Shown here: positions 55,150 through 64,000 of the stretch, piece by piece
Layout: every line of letters starts with the position of its first letter
How positions within the stretch are numbered: the first letter of the stretch is position 1
Assembly: GCF_009834535.1 (NCBI RefSeq)
Contig: NC_045696.1
Span: forward strand, 64,916,001-64,980,000
Direction: 5' to 3'
Source: Camelus ferus
Taxonomy: Eukaryota
Length of the DNA: 64,000 nt
Translations under genes and position numbers: made by a program
The notes under the pieces: model-generated
Told to the model about the DNA's origin: nothing
Seen by the model: only the letters and a program-made list of their open reading frames with translations
The model's database searches: none

Positions 55150-56420
55150 TCTCGATTTGTTTGTACCACTGTTGTTTGTGTTTTTTATTGCTTCTATTTT
55201 CTTTTTTATTTTCTTTCATTATTGAAACATTTTGTTCTTCTATCTTTATTCTTCTGCTAGTTTATAAATATAGGTTATAATTCTAGTCCTTTAGTCATTT
55301 ACAGTTTTCTTAACATACATGCGTAAGTATACAACTTGCTAAATAATAAAACATATTTTTATTTCTGTCCTTTCAAACAGCTGTTAGACCTTAGTATGTT
55401 TTCTTGCCTGGTAAACACCACCACCCTTCTCACCAGTTGGATTATTTACACTTTAAAATAAAATCATATGCACAATTAGTTATTATTCTGTACTAAAAGT
55501 TAACTTTATCAGTCTTTAAAATAATTTCTATGGATGTAGGTTTTGTTTTTGTGTGTATCAAATTTGGTCCCTCTGAGTTTACTTTTCTTCTGTACGAAAT
55601 GCGCCATTGAGTTTTGGGTGTGGGTCTGTAGATGGTGACCTCCGTTCTTCCTGGTATCTGCGAAAATGCCTTCTTTCCACGTTCACTCTTGAATTAGAGT
55701 TTAGAGAGTTATACAGTTCTTAGTAGACCTAGATTTCCCCCAGCACTTTGAAAATTATATTCCATTGGCTTCTGGGGTCTGTTGTTGACTGGGAGAAGTT
55801 TGCTGACTATTTAATATTCTTTCCTTTGTAGGTAATCTATATGGAAAATTTAAAGGATTTTTTTTTTGTCTTCATACTTCATGTTCTGCAAATTCACTGT
55901 TATGTCGAGTTGTAAATCTTTATTAATTTATCTTGTTAGAATTTCAGAATGCACTTTTAATCTAAAGAATCATACTTTTTTAATTCTAGAAAATTTCAAC
56001 TCTTCCCATATACATTTTATTTCTCTATTATAATTTTCAGTCTCTTGTGCTGATATTAAATGACTTTTGTTAGAAATGTTCATATTTATCTACTCTAAAA
56101 ATGGTGCCATCTATTTTGTGATTTTGATCACTGTGTTTTAAATTTTTGGTTGTCTGATGGTTTCCATTCCATGTCTACCTGATCTTGATTGATTTCTTCC
56201 TGTTTTTACTATCTGGCTCTTTTTACAGAATTTCATTAACTCATTTATCTCTGAGCATTCTTATAATACTTGTCAGACTTTTCCATAAAGTTAATTTCTC
56301 TTGTAATGAATTCATGTTTCAATCATTGTTTTTGTTGGCTGTCATTTTTAGAATTATATTGAAATTATATTAGAATTTAGAATAAATTCTTCATGTGTTT
56401 GGAATTTCGGTCTGCAGGCA
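55150..56420 (-). mobile_element. Old L1 ORF1-region fragment
   Basis: ttcccccagcactttgaaaattatattccattggcttctgg is typical of antisense L1 ORF1. Confidence 0.6.
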
Positions 56421-56661
56421 CATTTCTCTCTTTCTTTCTTTCTCCATGATCTTCTTCCTTTGAAGCCAGCCCTCATTTTCTATCAAAACTTTGGTTGCTG
56501 CTCTCCAGCCTCCAATGGCCCTATAGAATAAGATTTTAAGGGTCATTTCAAAACTACTCTCCTAGTATAACACTGAGGTTAGGGAAGAGGGTTTGGTCTA
56601 GTTCTTCTCATTGTGAGGCTGTGTCTATCACTGTATCTTGCTTAAAATAGTAGCAGCATTT

Positions 56662-57310
56662 AAAAAAAACATAGTTGATGTACAGTATTATATTGGTTTC
56701 AGGTGAACTACACAGTAATTCAAAATTCACATACATTAGAAATGATCACCATGTTAAGTCTAGTTATCATCTGTCTCCATACACAGTGATTACAGTATTA
56801 TTAACCATACTCCTTATGGTGGTTGTTCCATCCTTGTGTCTTATTTATTTTATAATTGGAAGTTTGTACCCCTTAATCCCCTTCGCTTATTTTACCCAAC
56901 CCTATACCCGCTCCCATCTGACAATCCCTGGTTTGTTCTCTGTGTCTATGAGTCTGTCTTTGCTTTGTTTTGATTGTTTTGTTTTTTAGATTCCATATAT
57001 AAGTGAGATTGTATGATATTTGTCTTTCTCTGTCTGATTTCTTTCACTTAGCATAATACTTTCTAGACCCATCCATGTAGTTCCAAATGGAAAAATTCAG
57101 TGTCTTAAATGTTCCATTGTATGTATTTATACCACATTGTTTTCATCCAGTCATCTGTTGATGGACACTTAGTAAGCTGTTTCCGTATCTTGGCTATTGT
57201 AAATAATGTTGCAGTGAACATTGGGGTGTATATCTTTTTGAATTAATGTTTTTATTTCCTGTAAGTAAATACCCAGAAGTGAAATTGCTGGATCATATAG
57301 GAGTTCTGTC

Positions 57311-57352
<42 letters not shown>

Positions 57353-57558
57353 CTTTCATACTGTTTTCCACAGTAGCTGCAGCAATTTACACTCCCACCA
57401 ACAGTGCATGAGAGTTCCCTTTTCTCCATAACTTCACTACACTTGTTTTTTGGTTTGTTTGTTTTTTTTTTTTTTTTTTTGATGATAGCCATTCAGACAT
57501 GTGTGAGGTATCACTGTAGTGTTGAATTGCATTGCTTTAATGATAAGTAATGATGAAA
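56662..57558 (-). mobile_element. L1 ORF2 3' end and 3' UTR containing a (TG)n expansion
   Basis: Minus [44 protein letters not shown] agtag(c/t)agcattt at 56649-56661 and 57559-57571. Confidence 0.9.
57312..57350. repeat. Perfect (TG)n microsatellite, about 19 units
   Basis: Uninterrupted TG run. Confidence 0.95.
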
Positions 57559-58006
57559 AGTAGTAGCATTTTTTATTTCAGCCTTTTCAGAGTTGTAGCA
57601 GGAAAACTATTCCAGCCCCTGGTATGAGCAGATAGCCTGACTCTGGTCCTTTATTCTACCCCAAGGACTTTTATTCCCATTGACCTGGCCACAGTGGAAC
57701 TCGAGGTCATATTATCTCCTTCAGGTCGTGAAGCCCAGCAGGCCTGCAGCTGCAGCCTGCTCAGTGTTTTGTGCTTCCTTTCCCTAGGGAAGATTAGCTT
57801 GATTTGATCCTGATTATGTCATTTCCATCCTATATTGCCAAAGCCAACGGCATAAAACTTTTTGCCTATGTTTTCTTCTTTTATATTTTTAGGTCTTACA
57901 TTTCAGTTTTTAATTCCTTTTGAGTTAAATTTTGTGTGTGATATAAGCATATATCTGTATATGTGAGGTAGGTCAAGAAAAGGAAATTCTAATTGAGTGT
58001 TCATTT

Positions 58007-58224
58007 AATAATTTTTTTAATTGACGTATAGTTGATTTACAATGTTGTGCAAGTTTCAGGTACACAGCAAAGTGATTCAGTTATACAGATATAGAGATAG
58101 ATAGATAGATAGATATTCTTTTTTCAGGTTCTTTTCCATTCTAAGTTATTACAAGATATTGAATATAGTTCTCTATGCTCTACACATGTTCTATATGTCT
58201 ATATGTGTTGTTTATCTCTTTTAA
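58007..58224 (-). mobile_element. 5'-truncated L1 3' end with internal (GATA)n
   Basis: tttttttaattgacgtatagttgatttacaatgttg...; TSD tgttcattt at 57998-58006 and 58225-58233. Confidence 0.8.
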
Positions 58225-59206
58225 TGTTCATTTTTAAAGTTAGCATTGCTTATCATATTTGCTCTTGCAGTTAAGGATGTGTCACTCCATACTGTTACAA
58301 CATTAATGTCAAAAGCATAATTCCTTGGCATGCCTTTAGAATTCCATGCCTAAATCTGGTGCTTCAGTGAGAGTAGACAATGTCCAGACTGCAATAAGAT
58401 ACCGACTATTTTTTTATTGAAAAACTGAGTCAAGAGTTACTGAGAAACATAGAAGGGGTCTCTGAGGAAGAAGAAAAGAGAAGGCCAATACTGAAAGTTA
58501 TAAGAAGAAGACTGTTTTATGCCCACAAAATGATGATGGGAGAAGATAATTTCGATGTTACTTCTCTAACTTCTTTTCTGCCCCACTGTCATAGATGTCC
58601 AAATTTCCCACCACTGAGGATGCAGTACAGATTTTCTCATTTTCTGTACGTGAAAATAACTTATACATTTTGCACTTTAATAAGACATTTATCTGTATAT
58701 TTCCTTTCTTCCTTTTGCTGGAATTATTTGTTTCCCATGCCCTACCTATTGGATTAGATGCAAGTTCTCTGAAGGTAGTACTCACATCTAATATAGATTA
58801 ATATATGCCATAACACTGAAATCTGCAATTCCCGTGTAAAGATACCTGTTAAAATCTTGTTGAATCAGTTGATGGATGCATTTCATGCAGTTTAATTTTG
58901 ACAATAATTCATTGGCCCTCTGGTCTTACTGGATTTTGTAATAATTTTCCTGATTGTGACTCTGTATACTTTCTAGTTCGGTTAACTGGTTCAACTTTGA
59001 ATAAGCTATAACAGTTCTATTGAAACATGGGCAGTTTGCTAGAGGAATCTATTGTTTATGCTTCTCTGTGTTGAGGCTAATGTTGTATTGTAATTTTAAG
59101 AGCTGATATTGTCATATTTTTTCTTCCTATACTGAAAACTGCTTACCAAAGAAGGGAGCAAAAAATTGGCTAGGACATCTTCCTGGGATTACAATTCAGA
59201 TTGGGA

Positions 59207-59264
59207 TTAACCTTCTAGACTCAGTTTACTTACATGTAAAATGAAGATAACAATGAAAATGTCA
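59207..59264 (+). repeat. 58-bp near-identical copy of 60423-60480
   Basis: 56/58 identity by manual alignment. Confidence 0.93.
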
Positions 59265-60319
59265 TCTTCGTTGGTCATTACAATTCATCTCTCAGTGAAA
59301 GATTTCCATTCCATAGCGAAAAGAAATAATAGCTTTTAAATATACACATATCTAGAATAGAGCTACAAAATAGTTACCCACTCTGGAATTTGAGTGTTTT
59401 CGTTAACTGACTTCCTCATGGAATGTTCTGAAATCTGAGGCATATGCAGAACTACTTCTTGGGTAATGCTATCTCTGAAAAGCCCTTAAGATTGAAGGAG
59501 AGAGAGAGAAACACCTTAGCTATTAATGCCAAATGAATCATAGAGTTTTGAAGTTAATGGTGCCTGAATAGAGACAAGCCAAAAGCCAAATCACAGAGGC
59601 TTGTGCAGCTATTAGATTATTAAGAATTCAGTTTGGATTATTTGTCTACTGTTTTTTCTTCCATATACTTGTGGTTTTCTTGAATTTTATAACATTTCTT
59701 TTTCATCTTAGGTTGATTTTTGGCTCTTGAACCTAGAAAAGAATTACTTATTTTGCCTACTTTTTTTTTTTTTAATCCTCATATATATACATTTGTTAAC
59801 TGAACTGGATTGTTTTTAATCAACTAAATATATGGAATCCTGCCAGCCCAAGAATCTGGGTGTGTTGCTTGTAAACACGTGACATGAATTTTTGTTGCGG
59901 TTGTTGGAATTAGGTTCCCTTTCATTAGAAAGAATCAACAGGTCATTAATTATACTTTCAGTAAGGACTGAATGATGATAAGCATCCATTTTAACCTTAT
60001 GATGTTTCTAGTAGTAAGTGGTGTTGGTTTTATTCCAAGAGTTTATAACTTCTGAAAAATGTTAATACTTTTGCTCCTGGGCTAGCCTTAATTGTACAAA
60101 TTAGCATATGTGTTTCCAATAGCATTTTTCATTGAAAAATAAAAATAGGATTAAGCTTCTAAGAGCAGCACTAATGAGGACCTTGGGTTGAATCATTTGA
60201 AAATACTACATTGTATATATATTTTTTTCTACCCTGCTGTTAGGCACATTAGGCCAACATATAGTCATATATCTAGAATTCCTAATTTCTAGATTGTGTC
60301 CCGTTAGTCATTAGTGAAT

Positions 60320-60570
60320 CAGACAGTATTAAGCAGTATTTAAGAATGAAAGCTTTAAAAATAAAACTGAGTTTGAATCATATCTCTGTAACTTACTTCC
60401 TTTGTGTCATTGGGGAAATTTCTTAACCTTCTAGACTCAGTTTACTTGTATGTAAAATGAAGATAACAATGAAAATGTCAGCATTATAGGATTATAGCAA
60501 GGATTAAGAGACAATACATGTAAAATCCTACCACTGTGCCTACTACACAGTCAACGCTCAGTATCAGCCA
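60320..60570 (+). mobile_element. MIR SINE
   Basis: ctgagtttgaatc...ggggaaatttcttaaccttctagactcagtttacttgtatgtaaaatgaagataac...aggattaagagacaatacatgtaaa. Confidence 0.75.
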
Positions 60571-60639
60571 TAAACAGTAGTAGTAGTAGAAGAAGAAGAG
60601 GATACAGTGAAGACAATGCTCATTGTATCCTAAATCAGT

Positions 60640-61125
60640 CCCTTACCATTAGTTCATGGAGTTCATGGCGGGTAACTTTACCCTCATTTTCAGTGGTGAT
60701 TCCTGGTTTGCCTAATCCAACATCTTTAGTTACCCTGGCCATGGGAGATTGGTTGCAGAGTATTTGTCATTTAATTAGAGCCAGTTAGCTTCAGGCCCAA
60801 GACTTGACTTTATCTACTGAAGGAGAGTTGCCTTTAAAAATGAAAGCAAAAACCAAAACTGAATTTAGAACTGAGAGGATAAAGGACTATAGCCATCTTA
60901 AAAACACAAGGAGAAAGCATGTCTTAGAATGATTACAACATTCAGGGGACAGAAGGTCCCCAGGTGGAAAGATGGAGAAACCAGGTCTTGTTCACATCCT
61001 TTGAAGTTGTACATGAAGACCTCCCTGAAGCCAGCCCTACCTGTGAAGTTTTCAGTTTCATGAGCCAATAATTGACCTTCTGTATGAACCAGTTTGGGCT
61101 ATATTTTTTTAACCTGATCAATTGA
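60640..61125 (+). mobile_element. Old MaLR LTR (MLT1-like)
   Basis: cctgaagccagccctacc...ttttcagtttcatgagccaataa...aaccagtttgggct 3' motifs. Confidence 0.55.
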
Positions 61126-62289
61126 TAAAGAAGTGAATCAATTTGCAGAGTGTTCAGACTTTCCAAGAAAGCTAAAGTTCCATGTTCTCCATGTCATTTC
61201 TGCTGAAGGATTGCCCAGTGGCCCCCTTCTGAAGAGTTACGACTTTACTATGGCTTTCTAGGCCACTCTGATTCCCAAAAGAGATTCTCTGTTCTTGTTA
61301 GTTTTGCCTTCCTTTGCTGGTTCCCCTCCAAAACTAATGTAAGAATTAGTAATTTTCATATGCAAATGTTTCTTGGGCTTATAACCCCAAAATCGTCACA
61401 AGATAGAAATCACCTTTTCTCCCCCTATGCTTCACTCTCCAGCATGAGCCAGCTTTTCAACTGTTGGGGACTTCTTCAGAATGTCTCCTTGCATAACTCA
61501 CTTAGAGGGAAATATATTACATAAAGTAAGTCCATAAGCCATGGCTTTCATAGACTTCAGGGAGGGAAAAGAGAAGGAACTGAGTGCTAAATGCAAAGGG
61601 AAGACCTGTAGGTTTTCAATTGAGATTGGAATGGAATAGAGACGTGTGAAGCAGAGGAACAGAACAAGTCATTCTTGTCACAAGTCTGCGGATAAGTTGA
61701 CTTTCTGAACAAATAGCATGGAGAAAAAGAACCTAAAAAAACAAAACATCAAAACATTGTGATAGGTGGCCAAACTAGAACAACTGGCAGACAAGGGCAA
61801 ATCACAGGGTACTGCATTTTGAGGAGATTTCAAGCCGACAGCCTACTGTATTCAAGGCGCACCTAATATTTGTTTCTGCACTTCAAAATTTTAAAATCCA
61901 GTAGTTAAATTGGGGAAATGGTTTAGCTACATAGAAATGTATATTCAAAAGTGGCATATTTCAGCCATCTCCAAGTGGAAAGAAATTTATTTTGAAGCCA
62001 CTGAAAACATCAGTCTCTCATGGGGTGCCTATATGTCATGTTCATCCATGAGTGTTCTGGTGTATGCCTGATGTCTTAGTGTAATTATTGAGAATACCTT
62101 TTTGACCCTCATAAGAGTCTTGGATTAGGATTTAGGCAGTAATTACACAGTCACGTTACTCATGATCCCACGTGACTCAGTGGGTGATCTGAGGTGTCAA
62201 TATATGTACCATATCTCACTAAATAATTTGAAAATTCCCTCTTCTGATTTTACTTCCCAAGACCAACTCTTAATGGCAGATTGGCTGTG

Positions 62290-62750
62290 AGCAAAAAAGA
62301 CACTGTAACAATGGTTTAAAGGGATCGAAGATTTAAGTTTTCTCACATAACCAGAAGTGTGGAGCTAGACAGTTACTGGTGTTAGTTCATTGATTGGCTA
62401 AACAACCCTTGGCTAAAGGGCCAAGCTCTCTTTCCCTCCTGGTGCAGGATGGCTTCTACATCCTCAGCTGACATGTATACTTTATGGGCAGTAAAAAGGG
62501 GCACAGAGAAAGTAATTGTGCCTTTATCAGGGAAACGTGCTTTCCTAGAAGTGCCAACAATGTCCATAGCGATGTCCAGTGATGACCATAGAGCTGTGTC
62601 ACGTGGTCACCCCTGGGTAGAAAATGTATAGGGAAGTGTCTCAATTTATTGAAAAATTTTGAGCTACATACATTTCCATATCCATTAAACACAGGGTTCT
62701 GTTAATATGCTGGGAAATACGGATATTGGGTAGGCACCTGAAAACTGCCA
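62290..62750 (-). mobile_element. Old MaLR LTR (MLT1J-like)
   Basis: tttctcacataaccagaagtgtggag...gatggcttctacatcctcagc...gggttctgtta...ggatattgggtaggca. Confidence 0.6.
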
Positions 62751-64000
62751 CGTCTCTCCAGACTGGAAGTATAAATGTAGACAATGTAAGACTTTAGGAC
62801 AAGAGAGAGTCAGAGAGACAGAGAGAAAGTGAACAGATTGAAAAATAGATAAGCATGTGTAGTTTCTTCATTAGGCTACATAAGATCTTTTGAATCACTA
62901 TAAATATTGGTTGAACCATTTATGAACCTCTACTAGGAAGCTAAATAAGGAACTTCTAGATACTGAGAGGAAGAGGTCTTAACCTGTGATTCAGGTCCTA
63001 ATAGATTAGAACTCACTTGGGATTTGGAGACAGAAGATTTCTGCTTGTTGAGTTTTCATGATGGGTCGCTGGATATTTCCTCTGAAGTTTCTCTCTATAG
63101 TTAGAGCACAGATGAAGAAGCATCACTGCTTCACCGTCCATTCTCCTGTTTCACTGGATGGGTAAAAGTTCTCTCTGTAGGGAGCTGTGAGAAGTCGTGA
63201 GGAACTGAAAGCCACCATGCAGAGGGACATAGCATATTGACTTCGTCAGGGTGTATTTGTCTCTGGTTTCAATATGCCTATTTCTGAAACTCCAGGGATC
63301 AGCAACTTTCCCATGCTCCCATGTAACCAATAATTTATTACCTATTTACTTAGATTTGATAATCTGGCACACATTGTCTTAGGCACTGGAAATAAAATGA
63401 AAAGCCCTTCCACAGCAGTGGGAGAGCAAGACAACATGTAATCAAATAATTATGGAAATTTACTACTTAGGATTGACTTTATAAAAGAGAAATCGATTTC
63501 AGTAATAGGGAATAATAGAGGAAACTGATTTTGAGAGGACTGCCATGAAAACTTCTTTAAGGATGTGATAGTCAAGCTAAAACCTAAAGGATGACAAAAA
63601 AGGAGAATTATGCACCAGCCCTGAGGAATAGTGATGTCATCAGAGGGAAAAATAAGTGCAAAACATTCATAAGACTAAAATGTTTGTAAACCTTATTATT
63701 TCTCATCCCTTCTATCATAATTCTTGGACCTGAAGCGCTAATTCGAATACCTATTCATTTTCACGTGTTCAACTATTCAGTTTCAAATATTTTTACTTAC
63801 CATGTGCTGAGTACTGTTTTGGGTGATCCAGTCATGGGAGAAGGAAAGGACATATACTATGCTTTCACACCATAATAAAAGAATGAAATTATTCAGGGTT
63901 ATAAAAGAAGGAAGCAGGGTTAAACGTAATGTATTTTCTCTCTTGGCACATTATTTTTCATTTTTAAATTTATACTAAATCTCATCATGAATTTCTTTCT

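Overview
Mammalian genomic DNA, AT-rich and repeat-dense. It is probably camelid, judged from recalled young LINE-1 3' ends; this is unverified. The window lies inside FGF12 (FHF1) on the + strand and holds two internal coding exons, 26323-26434 and 52306-52409, separated by a 25,871-bp GT-AG intron. The first and last exons lie outside the window. Main finding: the first exon is 112 bp instead of the 111 bp its phases require. An extra T at 26424 turns AAC-AGC (N-S) into AAC-TAG, giving an in-frame stop plus a frameshift in an otherwise intact exon. This is either a loss-of-function allele or a sequence error. The rest is intron carrying L1, L2, MIR, MaLR/ERVL LTRs, hAT MITEs and microsatellites, several with readable target-site duplications (TSDs), plus two local duplications. 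Repeat family names come from recall, not a database search. I found no evidence of a novel multi-gene system.
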